From the human T2T-CHM13v2.0 reference genome, Homo sapiens, in NCBI RefSeq assembly GCF_009914755.1, contig NC_060926.1: a stretch of DNA of 64,000 nt; one strand, given 5' to 3'. Below the pieces are notes generated by a model that did not search any database, was not told the origin of the DNA, and saw only the letters and a list, made by a program, of their open reading frames with translations. Shown piece by piece: positions 12,241 through 27,244 of the stretch (position 1 is its first letter; the number at the start of each line of letters is the position of its first letter). Made by a program: the position numbers and the translations under genes.

Positions 12241-13221
12241 TGTAGGGTCCAGCCCCACAGGATCGGTGGGTTTTTCTCCCTGAGTGTGGGGACGAGAGAT
12301 TGTAGAAATAAAGACACAAGACAAAGAGATAAGAGAAAAGACAGCTGGGCCCAGGGGACAACGACCACCAAGATGTGGAGACTGGTAGTGGCCCCGAATG
12401 CCTGGCTGAGCTGTTATTTATTGGATAGAAAGCAAAAGGGGGCAGGGTAAAGAGTGTGAGTCATCTCCAGTGATTGATAAGGTCACGTGAGTCACATGTC
12501 CACTGGACAGGGGGCCCTTCCCTGTTTGGCAGCCGAGGCAGAGAGACAGAAAGAGGAGACAGCTTACACCATTATTTCTGCATATCAGAGACTTTTAGTA
12601 CTTTCACTAATTTTGCTACTGTTATCTAAAAGGCAGAGCCAGGTGTACAGGATGGAACATGAAAGCAGACTAGGAGCGTGACCACTGAAGCACAGCATCA
12701 CAGAGAGACGGTTAGGACTCCAGATAACAGGCCCTCCACAAGAGGTGAAGGAGTAGAGTCTTCTCTAAACTGCCCCTGGGAAAGGGAGACTCCCTTTCCC
12801 AGTCTGCTAAGTAGCGGGTGTTCTTCCTTGGCACTGACGCTACCGCTAGACCATGGTTTGCTTGGTAACGGGCATCTTCCCAGACACTGGCGTTACCGCT
12901 AGACCCAGGAGCCCTGTAGTGGCCCTGTCGAGGTGTGACAGAGGGCTCACACTCTTGTCTTCTGGTCACTTCTCACTGTGCCCCTTCAGCTCCTATCTCT
13001 GTATGGCCTGGTTTTTCCTAGGTTATAATTGTAGAGCAAGGATTGTTATAATATTGGAATAAAGAGTAATTGCTACAAGCTAGTGATTAATTATATTCAT
13101 ATATAATCATATCTATGATCTATATCTAGTATAACTATTCTTATTTTATATATTTTATTACACTGGAACAGCTCGTGCCCTCGGTCTCTTGCCTCGGCAC
13201 CTGGGTGGCTTGCCGCCCACA
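12241..13221 (-). mobile_element. Solo LTR13/LTR13A (HERV-K, HML-4 group)
   Basis: Minus strand begins TGTGGGCGGCAAGCCACCCAGGTGCCGAGGCAAGAGACCGAGGGCACGAGC and ends in CA; exact 6-bp TSD GGAGAT at 12235-12240 and 13222-13227. Confidence 0.9.
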
Positions 13222-16200
13222 GGAGATAGGTAGGAGACAGGCGGGGTAGAATTGGAAAGGGAGAACCAAGTTAACTGATGACCAAAATAACATTATTACA
13301 CCAATAAATATATCTGTATTTCTATGCATAAAATAGCATTTATACCAAACATCAGACAACCAAAAACCAGCACTGCAATCACTAGATAGATCCCTCATGG
13401 TTATTATTCTTAAACGGTGTATGGAGTATTTCATACAGTGGAATAAACTCTCAAGACCTAACCCAGACATCATTCCTATTTTTCTCCCCTTTGTGTCCCC
13501 AAAGGTCCTGATCCCAACTCCAGCCTGGAAGGAGGTAAGTTAATTGTGGGAAAGGGAGGGAGGGAGGCACAGAGGGGAGGGATTGCTGAAAATAAGACTC
13601 CAGAGGACCTAGCCCAGAACGGAGGGTAGCCGAGCTGGCCATCTTAATGTGCGGGCTTCCCCAAGTGCTGTGTCTGGCAGCCCTCCATGCCAGCGCAGGA
13701 GGAAAATCTGGTTGAAGGGAGAGCAGGGAACTTTTATGATGCCCAAAGATTTCCCCAAGACAGATGTTTTTGCTTCTTGGCATTGCATTTCTGGAGGGGC
13801 AGAGCAATGGAGTCACTGTCATTGAAAATGACTGTGTCCCTGTGGTGAAATTGGCCCAGCCAGGACTGGTAATACATTGAGGTGGTTCCCAAGTTTGGTT
13901 GGCTTCCTAGAAGTTGAAAGCCTTATTTCTCTGAGCACATTTCCCTTTAATCACTGTGCTTTCCAGAGACCCAGGCTTCAGCTGTATCCAGCACAAAACA
14001 ATTTGGGTACAAGCCACAAAGAGGACTCTAACAGCATGCATAAAGACTCCAACTCCCTGAAATTGATGTTTTTCTTCTCATCACTGCCATTCCCACACAT
14101 GCCTATAACATGGATTTGAAATGGCCTGTTTGTATAAAGACTGCACACTGTTTCAAGCCATCACAACAATGGATAAGAAGCATTTACACTATCATTTTTA
14201 ATGCAAAAGACAGAGTTACCCTAAGCCACGCTGCTATTAGCTTTGAATGTTTTTTGTCAGGGTGCAGTCTGCTGTGCATGAGACCAAGATGAAATGCCAT
14301 TCCAGGTGACTCCGTGACCCTATGTGAGTATGTGTGTTTAGGCACCTGTTTAAAACATAACCACAGGCCAACATACCTTTTTTGAAGCACATGGATATCA
14401 TTACTACACTTGAATTTTGGGTTGGAAGGAAATACAGCAGTTAACCACCTGAAATCTCAGTAAACAAAATAAGAATACCATCAAGTTTTACAACTGTGGG
14501 ACAGAAGATTGCCAAATATAGGTTCCATTTAAAAAATTAGGAACTAAGTTATGTTACATACTTGAGTATTTTTGTCACAGAGTTATTACCTGTAACTAGA
14601 AGATTCCATTTCTACTAAGAAGTGGAGTAATAAATGGAAAAACATCAGTTGCTGTACCTTTGATTCCAATCCCATTGTATTCAGACAATGCAATGAATTT
14701 CTCACAAGCTTTTAATATGTAAAAACAATGCACTGGTATTCCTAATATTTTAAATGTATGTTGCTTGTCTTTTGCTAGTGGCAAAGAGGACCAGCATTAA
14801 GATGTCTGTTCATCAATTTCTTGATGTCTGCCCATCAGTTTCTCTCTCGATCAGGTGCTCCACCAGACTCAATTTAATGGAGGAAATCTCATTTGGGTCC
14901 TGGAAAGATTAAAGCACCTTACCCTTTACTTCCAAATTGAGTTCCTCTGGGAATCAACTTGAGATCCAGAAGTCTTGAATGAAACCAAATGCTTTGGGAG
15001 ATAGTTTGCATTGCCTTAAAGTTTGCTCTCTGGAGGACTGCAGACACCGCAAACGGCCTTCTGTACTGTGTTCGGCTACTGTAGTCAATGTACTGAGAAA
15101 CTCTTAATATTCCTAGGGCTTCCTAAATGGCCTAGAAATAAAGCTAACAGAAGAGGGCAATATATTTCACATAACTAACTTAACAGCATACCCAAAGTTA
15201 TTTCTTTTCAAATAGCTCATGAAAGGACCTGGTCAGAATTTTGGTGGCAATAGAAATACCTGAACATGAATCCATCAGCTGCCCTTTAAATCTCCAGACT
15301 TTGAGTCTATTAAGAATGAAACACCACCCTGGAGGCTACAACCTTTACAAGGTCTGTGTTTCTTCTCCAAAAAATAAAAAGAACAAAGTCACCACTCTCC
15401 TCTCTCAACTGGAGGAAAACTCAGTAGAAACTCAACACTCTTTTTCAGTGAGAAATACCTGATGTCATATATTTTGTTTAATAAAGACTGAATTGGCTGT
15501 ACACTAAGCCGATTTAAGAATGTGATCTGCAACTCATAGTCTTAATTACATGGAAAAAAAAGTGAATGAGTTCATTAATGCTGTAAAAAGGAATAGTGAC
15601 CCTACCTGCCAAGTAGCAAGGTGGAAATAATTAATCTGGTCAATTAAAAAGAAACAGATAATTTAAAACACAAAGGCTTCCAGGTGGGGCACTGCATTCT
15701 GCTCTCTGGAACTGCGACTTCTTATTGTCGATTTTGGTTTTCTCAGTAAGTTTTCTTTGTTCTTTCCTTAAAATTTTTTTTTTTCGTCATGGATCAAATC
15801 AAATAGAAAAATCTGTCTGAGCTACAAAGCATGACTTGTTGCATTATGTCTTATGTCCTAAAATGTTGATTGATGCTAACTAACATACACTCTGGAAGTG
15901 CTCTGGCGGGGGCAGCGGGGGGTGGGTGGGGGAAGGGGTTACCAAGTTCCAGTATCATATCCAAGATTCTTTTCTCTCTTGGTGGGAGTCTGTTATATCT
16001 TACTTTCCCTTCAAAATTGTTTGCCTTTCCTGGGGTTTTAATAATATTTTTAAAGTGCTGGAGTCTGAGCCGCACTGTCTGGCTTATCTAATCCCATTTA
16101 TGATCCTATAACCTTGAAGCTTGCCATGGCCTGGCTGTCAGCACCAGATTCTAAATACATGGGGCAGTGTGTTTGCTCCATGGAACAGGAAATTAGTCAA

Positions 16201-16980
16201 ACAGTTACTTTTCTACAAATGTTCATAATTTCTCTTGACATTTACAAGCCAGTAGTAGTTCTTAGACATCGAATGATCTCAAGCCCCTCAGGGAGCAGTG
16301 AGTGGTTATCTATAACACTGCCCTGTGCAGATATTTGTGCAGAGCGTCAGTGCACTCCATTCCATTGCAGCAGAAAGATTGAGCACCGTCACCCAGCGCT
16401 GGTCCAGTCTATCTGTGCACTGCAGGTACAAGGAAAAAAGAACGTGTTAGTACTTTAATCCTTTTCAGCTGGTCCAAGCCCGGTCTCAGGACAAATATTA
16501 ATATCATTTTCATTTTAACCATGGCAAAGGTTGAATAAAGCAGCATCCAATTTTTTCAATCTGCTCAAGAGAAAACTGTTTTCGTGGTGAAAGTTTGACT
16601 GCAAAATTCTGGTTGCTAAGGAGGAAAAACCTCATCTAAGAAAACAAATGTTGCTGTGGTGAAATGCGATTTGAAAGTCTGTATTTCCTAGGTGTTAGAC
16701 TTGGCAAGTTAGAAATAGTGAGGGTGGAGAAAGGATGCTTTCCGTGGATGTGCTCAAACACAGTAGTACATATTGTCAGCTCTGCAGGAGGCGTGCTGTG
16801 GCCATATGTGTGTTGCGGAGTGAAATGGAATAAACAGCTGCTGCCAGGAATCCAATTCCTGGCAAGGAGGCAAACCCAAGTCCTCCTGTTTCCAAAATAA
16901 AAATCACCAGAGGGATTCCCCTTACAGCAGTTCCAGCCAGTAGTTTTATAAAAGCATAAAACATCAGTGTATTGTGGTTT

Positions 16981-17140
16981 ATAATAATCCCTTACATTTG
17001 TAAAGCATTTTACAGTTTATAAAGTGCTTTACATACATTATCTCATTTGAGCCTCATAACAGCTCTGGAGAGTACTAGGCAAAATATTGAGATTCTCTTT
17101 TCACAGATGGAAAAAGGAAGGTTCAAAGAATGAAATGGTG
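16981..17140 (-). mobile_element. MIR SINE
   Basis: ATTATCTCATTTGAGCCTCATAAC...TTCACAGATGG MIR core, antisense. Confidence 0.7.
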
Positions 17141-17885
17141 AACCTGGTGCCCCAGCCTACAGCCATCCAGGCAGAGACATCCAGGGGCTACACTGGGGGC
17201 CTTGGGGACCCAGTAAAGGGATTAGTTTTTGTGTAGTTGAGGTGCAAAAGCAATTTTACTTCTCTTTGTGCAAGCATCAGCTTGCTCTATCAAAGGGCTT
17301 CTCCCACACTTTTTGAAGCAGCAAGGGAAGAAAGTAAGTTGTAAGGGAGCAAGTGGCAAGGGGAAAAGGTACTCAGCATACTGAGTGCAGAATCTAGTTT
17401 GCCCTTGATGGTAGTCAAGGCTATTTCAGTTTCAGCACGTACTGCAGAGATCAGCCAGGGTCACCTCAGAACTGCCTGGAGGAAGCAGCTTTGATACTGT
17501 TCAATTGTTCTCAGACACTGCCACCTTTGTTCACCCTTTGCAGAAAAACAGGCTTTTTTCCTAGAACTGCCAGCCTTGTGGTCATGTGAAGGCAGATTTA
17601 TAGGAAGAACCTACATAGCCTTTTATGAAGAAACCCCCTCTGACCTTAGGAATTGGTGAGATGCAGAATTGTCCTATTCTGTGAGACAGGGGACATCACA
17701 GGTAGATGCTGTGGTGGCCCTGTTGTGGGCTGCTTTAGTCCTGAAATAGGAAACTGCTCTCTGGTAGAGACATAGAGACTTCTCTGACATGTACCTGGTT
17801 ACCTGATCAGGTCTCAGTGGGCCCGCTACCACGCCTTGGGGTTTTGTGCTCTTTGGTTCTAGCTGCAGAATCTAGAAGTATAAGC

Positions 17886-18070
17886 TAGTGGTTAAAACAC
17901 AAATCCTGGAACCAAAGTGCCAGTTGTTCTATGCTTACCAAATGTCTGTGGTGACAGAGGTGTACCTTACCTGAAAACATGGGGCTACTAATAAAATCTG
18001 TTTCATAAGGTTGTTGTAAGAATTAAATGAGGAATTATTTGCAAAGTGCTTAGAGTTGTGCCTGGGGTGA
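17886..18070 (+). mobile_element. MIR SINE
   Basis: GGTTGTTGTAAGAATTAAATGAG...GCAAAGTGCTTAGA MIR core. Confidence 0.7.
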
Positions 18071-18321
18071 GGCAGGTGCTCTGTCCCAGCCCAGCTCCAG
18101 CCAGCCTCTTGCTGCTCCCTGACAATGTTTCAGTTACGATAGTGGTGACATCCCTCCTTCCTGTGTCAACTGTAACTCACTGTCCCATGATCCCCCAGGA
18201 AGATGCACAAACCAAGAGGCATTTTGCCTTTTGCAGTTTAATCATGGATCTTTTCATGCTGCAAAACAACCGGGGTTTATAGGGACACAATACATTTTAG
18301 TTGAGTTTATTTACATTTTTG

Positions 18322-19085
<764 letters not shown>

Positions 19086-19890
19086 TGGTGTTTTAGAAAC
19101 TGGGTGGTGATTTGCTCCAGAATGCCCCTTCCAAAGAATTCCTTTTGAAGGTGAACACAAGAAGTGCAGGGCCCCTGCTAGGCCACAATAGGAGCCCAGC
19201 TTCTTTCAGTTACCTGAATGTCCAGTCTCAGCCCTTTCCTTTTTCAAAGGGCAGCTAACTCTCACTGACTGAGAAAGGAGACAGCCTCATTCTACTTTCT
19301 GTCTTGACCTCTCTGAGTCCAGGTCCACTTGATAAGGTGATGTCCCTCCCCTGGACCAAAGATTGACACTCTGCCCCTTCAGTTCATCCAAGGTCATGTG
19401 GTTTGGAAAAACCTATATAGCAGAGGAAAAGTCACGACCCTGCTAATTAGGACTTTGCCCTGAATGTCAAACGGGATGCACTTTAAAGATATAAGCCTGC
19501 TCACAGGAAAAAGACCCTTTGTGGATTCCTACTCCCAACCTAGGTCACAACTAGCCCATCAGCCTTCAGGTGCACACCCATTCCTTTCAGGAAAACTCCA
19601 CTCCCAAACACCCCTAGTCATTTGGTCTGCAGAAGCCATCCAGGACTTCGACCAAATGGTTAGTGATGGCTGTTCCTATTTAAACCTCACGAAACAATAA
19701 GGTGTGTGGTGGTCGGGGGGCGGGGGGCATTTCTTGTTGCATGGAGAAGGGTGGGTCTGAAGTCTACTGGTCAGATTTATTTTTCAATATTTCTACCAGG
19801 GTGAGCTATAGGCGTGCTCATCCCTTCACCTCTTACGCTGTGTCTGCCAGTCTCATCCAATGGCCACATTCATTTTCAGGAAAAATATAG

Positions 19891-20312
<422 letters not shown>

Positions 20313-21100
20313 TAGGACAGTGTTTGGTTTCTTTCCTGTTCTGCTCTGGGAGGAGAGCAGGGGAGAAGAAAATTATTGCTAGAATATTAAAGGAGCTATG
20401 TTACCCAAGGGCCATTCTGATCCTCCTCCGGGCCTTTTGTGTATGGGGCTAGAGTAGGGAGGTTGCCAGTTCTTGCTGTGTCGCCCATGGGGTTTTGGCT
20501 CTAGAAATGCTACAGAGCTGTAGTTAAATTGTATTTTACGCATTCAAAGGAGCCACTTTCAAATCTTAAAGCAGACCCTGACCTGCAGAAAATCAAATGT
20601 TAAAAATCAACAGATGTTTGAGCAAGAGGAAGTACAACACTGAAGGTCTCTTCGTCGTTTGCCACATACAAGGCCTATGAGGGTAAATGTGGCATGCTCA
20701 AGGTAGCACAGATTTACACTAATGTTTTACCCAGGCAAAGTTTTCAGAAGAACTCAACTACCTTTAATGTTGATTCTAAAAGGGTGGTGTGTTCTTAGAG
20801 CACCCGTGGTAAAAAGAGTATGAAGCTCTGGACATTTGGGGAAGAGACAAAGAACCTGCTGGATTGTCTGTGCAAGACACAGGCGCTGACCTGGAGCTTA
20901 CAAGAGGTGAAAGGACTAATCTGCATGGAAGGGACCCACACTCTGCACTACAGAACACATGGGAAGACACAGACCCAACTCACAGCAAGCCACATGTTGC
21001 CCACAGCAGGCCAACAGGCTAAGTATGTTGAAAGGGTTAACCATAGAGCAGTAATGTAAGAAATCTATGTAACAATGTGAACAGCCTCATAAAAAACGCC

Positions 21101-21286
21101 CAGCCAAGACCAGCTACATAGTTTTCAAAGCCCAGTGCAAAATGTAAATGTGAGGTCCCTTGTTCACAAATTATTAAGAATTTCAAAACAGTGACAGCAG
21201 AGATTAAACCAAGCACGAAGAGGATCCTCCTATGTGTAAAGCTTTGTGTGACTGCACAGAACCCACATCCAATGAAGTGAGCCCTG
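21101..21286. mobile_element. hAT-Tip100 element (MER45A-like)
   Basis: GCCCAGTGCAAAATGTAAATGTGAGG...CAGCAGAGATTAAACCAAGCAC...GTGTGACTGCACAG. Confidence 0.6.
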
Positions 21287-24200
21287 TGTCTCCAATAGAA
21301 TCAATCCAAATGTATATCATCAAAACACTCTAATGCATTGATTTTACTTAGCAGGAAAGACCTTTGTCCTCTCCACAGAGCAGCTATGTCAACAGAAGGA
21401 AAAGAGATGGAGTGGACCTTCCTGGGATCCAGGCTGAACAGGGCTCTCCTCACTCTAAGGTGAAGACTGTGATTCTCTGTCTCCTTCTAAGGTGACGGGG
21501 TTCCTATTTTAAGCTATCTGCCAGTATGTGTGTCGGGTCTGAAGTTGTGTTGGTTCTGTGAAAAGGTTTCTCTTATACATGATTTCTTTCCCATGTCCCC
21601 CTTTCTTAGCAAACACATTGCTCTTTAAGAGATTCAGGGAAAAAAAAATTTTTGGCAAGTTTTGTGGGCTTTTATTAGATATACGCTGTAATTTCAAACT
21701 GATTACATGATGTCTGGCTTTCTCTGAACCCCAATTCAATATCCTGAAGAAGAGGAAGCTTTATTGCAAGGCTGAGGCACACACCAGGAGTGGGGTCTGG
21801 TGGGAAGTGCTGGCGCTCACGGGTCTGCTGATTGCTCTGGCTTCACCCCCTAAAATCTCTGGCTGACTACGGATCCTTCACCTCTGCATTGCTTTTTACA
21901 TGGACTTTTTCATCCTTCTGAATTATTTTATTTTGCAATTATAAACTTTTTTTTAAAAAAAGACAAATCATTCACACTGTTACAACCTTAATATGCCAAC
22001 TGTTTTCACTTTTCCACATTCTCTTACCGTCCTGGATTAACGTTTTGATCGTTGCATTCATGCTGGAATTATAAATTTTTGTTCCGGTATAGTCGAATTT
22101 TAATGCCTTCTATGCCCATAAAGTTAAAAATCATTTACAAATTTAAAGAACAGAAAGGAACAATAAAGCCAAGAAGAGGCCTTAGAATTGCCTGCAAATA
22201 GAAGATAAAGATTATGCAATAGTTATAAACTTTTTTCAGTAAAAGACAAATCATTCATAATTCTACAACCTTAGTACTCCATCTGCCTCTAAATGCTTAG
22301 TACTCCATCTGCCTCTAAATGCCTAGTGGCAGTGATCCCAATAGAATAGAACTGAAGTGATTTTAATGGTTACCTATTTTATAGAAAAGAAAACGGAGTC
22401 TCAGAGGTTAAATGACCTGCCCAAAGTTGCACAGCCCCTAGATGCAGTCAGGACTAAAGTGGGCTGTGAAGGACTTTTTCACATAAGCTGAATAATCCTA
22501 TTTCCACACTAGTAAGTTTCTGTGGGACATAAGTTCTTTGAGTGTCTATACTTTGTGGAATGAGAGAGTTGGAACAGATGCTTTTAAAAATCTTTCCAAC
22601 TCTAAAACTTTGAATCCAACTCAAAATGAACACAATTGGATCCCAGCCTAGTCAGCCCAGGATTACCACACACATAATGAAAAATGTGGTAATGATCAGA
22701 ACACTCACGATTTTAACAAGATGTTTTGTGCAGTGGCTAACTGGATTCTTACAAAAGCTGAAGGCTGGATCTCAGACTGCACTGTGACAATACATCCGCT
22801 GTCAGACAGATCCACAGGCTGGTGCTGACACTGTAAAATGACTAAGTCAGAGTAAAAGGAGGTGGTGGTCAGCAAACAAATGGAGGGGTGATCCTGTTTC
22901 CTGCAAAGATCCTTGAGCTTAGAGGACTTTCCAAGCAGAATAAGGCCCCCTCTACTGGTAGGATTTGTCATCCACCAAAAAGTCAGAACTTGTTAGGTTT
23001 GTGAGAAATGGGGGAAAAATCCTAATATCAGAACAGATTAGAGTGGTAAGGAAATGTGAAAACAACAACAAAAAACATAGTTTATAAAGTTTCAACTCTT
23101 CAGACAAGCAAATACAGCTCTAGAAAGTTTACAGTTGTTTTCCAATACATTTGTTAGGCAGCATTCTCCCAAGGAAATTTTCACCATAGGTGGTGAAAAT
23201 ATCTGACTAAAAATATAAAGCTAGCTTTTTGAAAATAGTGAATCAATGTAAATAAAAATCACACTTTTGATCAGCGGAGAGTAGGATTCTCCCCACACTC
23301 TCTCATGAAACTCTTTCATTTGCCTTTACCAAGATTTCTTAAACTTCAGTCATTCAACTATCACTGTCATGCTTCTTGCCATAGCCTAGTACTATGTGTA
23401 TTATTTAATATTTTTCCTTCAATAAAACCATTTTTATTTTAGCTTCATCCTAAGCAATAGAATCCATGAAATTTCAGGTTTGATGTGTTAGGTATATATG
23501 TGTTTGCGTATGTGTGTGAATGGGTACATAAACCATACACACGATAAAATAAATACATGGCTCTTGAAAAATGTTCATCTGTGTGCCAAATTCTTCTCCA
23601 TTAATTATTGCATGCGTGTAACGTGCTTTACAAAACACTGAGGTAGCACCTCATGTTTAAGTCATGTAAATACGGTAGTCATAATTTCATCATTCCTTTA
23701 AAGGCAAGTTGTTGATTGCCTTTCTTCATCTGGTCTTGCCCTTCTGCCTTATCCTCTTCCTTGAGGCCTTTCTTCATCTCTTTTCCATCCTTTGACAGTC
23801 ATTTGGTTTAGTATTCATATTTCTTTTCTCCAGTGTGGTGAGGAAAACGTCTTTCTCTACTGCCCACTGGGGACTGTGCCTCATTTGACACTGAACTCAG
23901 GGAAACCACATTGAAACAAACTGGCATTTGACAGGATGAATAAAAAGACCTTTGCATCCTTGTCATCTCCTAGGAATTGGGGCTTGAAGAATATTGAACA
24001 GTGATGTTATTTCTATTTCATCCTCATAGTCAGCCTTCTCTGAGGAAATGGCACATAAACACAGAAAGACCAATGTACAAAAACATGTTTAATAAATTAT
24101 TCCTTGAGGAACAGAATAGAGTCTGTTTTTGTTTGGGCACTGTGAAGGCTGAAGTACTTGCAGGGAAGAATGGAGATGAGAAAAAGGCTGATCTTCATGA

Positions 24201-24478
24201 AATCGTTTCCTTTATTAAACATTCCTGTGGAATTAATTCATGCTCTGTTTCTTCAGTAAAAAAAGCGACCATTATGCATTTATGGCTGGATCAATACAAT
24301 TCCCAGTTAGTTATAACTTGATACTGCTGTGAACCCCCAATTATTTACAGTGAATTATCTGTATTGAAGCTGACCCACAAAAGATCACTTTTGAAACGTC
24401 TTGTCATTGTAATCTGTTTTCTTGGCTCTAACCAATTATATCATCTCTGTTAACACTTAATAAGAAGTAAATAACCTA

Positions 24479-24625
24479 GGTTAGGCATGGTGGCACATGC
24501 TTGTAATTTCAGCACTGAGAGAGGTCAAGATGGGAGCCTCACTTGAGGCCAGGAATTCAAGACCAGCCTGAACAACATAGTGAGACCCCATCTGTAAAAT
24601 TTAAATTTTAATTTTAAAAAGAAGT
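24479..24625 (+). mobile_element. Alu monomer (FLAM/AluJ left arm)
   Basis: GGCATGGTGGCACATGCTTGTAAT...GGAATTCAAGACCAGCCTG. Confidence 0.75.
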
Positions 24626-26059
24626 GAATAAACAGCCTTTCAACACAAAATATTACACTTTTAAGCAACTTTGGACCTAAAGAGCTCAGAAAGATTTGCT
24701 TCAAGTACAATCCATTTTATATTAAGAAGTGCATTACCTAAAGTTATATAGAAAACTCTTCTCCCAAAGGAAAGAACTGCAGCGGCTAAATTTTCATTTT
24801 GGTAACATTTGCATAAGAGTTTCAGAATCATATGGAAGATTTTTACCAAGTAGCCCATGATAAACCAAACATGGATGAAAATGAAAGTTACAGCAGAAAT
24901 TTAAGCATATTCAATTCTAACAGCAGCTGATCCTGAAGACTGAAAAGCTAATACAAGACTCTGGGACCCATGTGGAGGAATGGGTTCTCCGCATTTACCG
25001 TGGCTTCCCAAAGAGGTTCTTTCTGATGGCAAACAGATGGAAACCCCATAGAGAGGCAGATTACCGCTGTGACTATCACAGGGCTACATCGTGCTTTGGA
25101 AATGACATCAGCCAGGAAATCAGTGACTGGAGTTTCAGATTTCATAGAAGGATTTTGCTTCGTTTTTTGTAGGCCCAAAGATGGCAGGAGGAGGCAATAA
25201 ATTCTGCCTTAGAACCTCTCCTGGTAGATGTTTAAAGAGATTATAGGAGTAAATCAACTGTCCCAATCCCCTGATGTGATGTGGACCATCCGGTTTGAAT
25301 TTTAATTTCTAGCGTCCTTCTTTTAGAGAACCGAAATAAGCCAACAACTCAGAATTAAGTTGGGCCTGATAAGTGGAATGCAATGCTGAGGGGGATTATC
25401 AGGAAGACCTAAAGTATTTACTTTTTATGAAGCTTTTCCCTTAACCAGATTTATAGCTGGAAAGGGCCAAGACTGCAATAGTGCTGTACATAGATTAGCA
25501 TTTCTCACCAGAGAATAGATTAGGTTGTCTCACTTCAACGCTAAATCCTGCTGTTGTTTTCATTCTTTCATCGTTACTGAGATTTTACTGAAATCACCTT
25601 TGTGAATGTGGAGGAAATTCTAAAACTGGGGAATATGTTTTCTGTGACTTGCTGTATGCATTGGTATTTACCTTGTGTTTTTGCCAAGAAGCAGTAAGCA
25701 AGGTTTAGACTTAGTTCTTTGGGTGGAACAATTTAACTCTCTATTTACCTCTACATAAGTGAATGCTCTTCCAGTGAATTCATATCCAATTTTATGAGTA
25801 GCTGTTGCAATTTCAAAAGACTTGATGAGCAGTTAATGCTAATGAAGTCAAGGTTTTGGGTAACATCTTTACAAAGGTCAGTTAATTTTGTCCTACTCAC
25901 CTGAACTTGAGGAGTGACACTGGGTCTCAAGGAAGACATACTCCCAGAGTGTTTGGGAATACGCATAAAGATTCATCACCCTATGAACAATAGTCAAAAT
26001 GTATGGCGTATATGTGATGCCAAAAGAAATTCAATGACACTTTAGATGATGAGGCATCC

Positions 26060-26833
<774 letters not shown>

Positions 26834-27244
26834 ATGGTGTTTTCTGGGTGCTTTTAGAGACAAGAAGCAGAAAAATATGGCTCAAACAAGTTCAAACAAT
26901 AAGATATTATTTCCATTCTACTGAAGACTCAGAGGTGGGTCAGGCTCCAGGATCATCAAGGACTCAAATTCTTTCTGTTTCTTAAGATATCTTCAAAGTC
27001 ACCTTCACCCAAAGTCACCACGACCCTCCATCAAGGTCACAAACTGGTGGCACCAGATTCAGATCAACAATGCTTGATGAAGAGAGACTTTTTCTTATGT
27101 CCTTTTTTTTTTTTTTTTTCCAAAGGGGTAAAGAAAGCTTTCCCAGCAGCCTTCCAGGAGACTTCCTGTGTCTTGGTAAGGATTGGGTCACATGCCTTTT
27201 CCTAAATTAATCATGGAAAGGGAAATTATAGTGATCAATTAGAC

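Noticed and set aside
11934-13062. ORFs of up to 161 aa across LTR13
   Set aside because: They span the LTR or its junction; a solo LTR has no retroviral coding sequence.
17150-17740. Long protein-looking minus-strand reading after the acceptor at 17741
   Set aside because: About 7 stops in ~197 codons is close to random, and the implied upstream intron is only 62 nt.
24900-25410. Fleeting resemblance of the minus strand to an LRRIQ3-like IQ region (HLP-ERF-KA, SPVIV, IRKNL)
   Set aside because: It needs several frameshifts, and other frames on both strands look equally protein-like; unsupported without a search.
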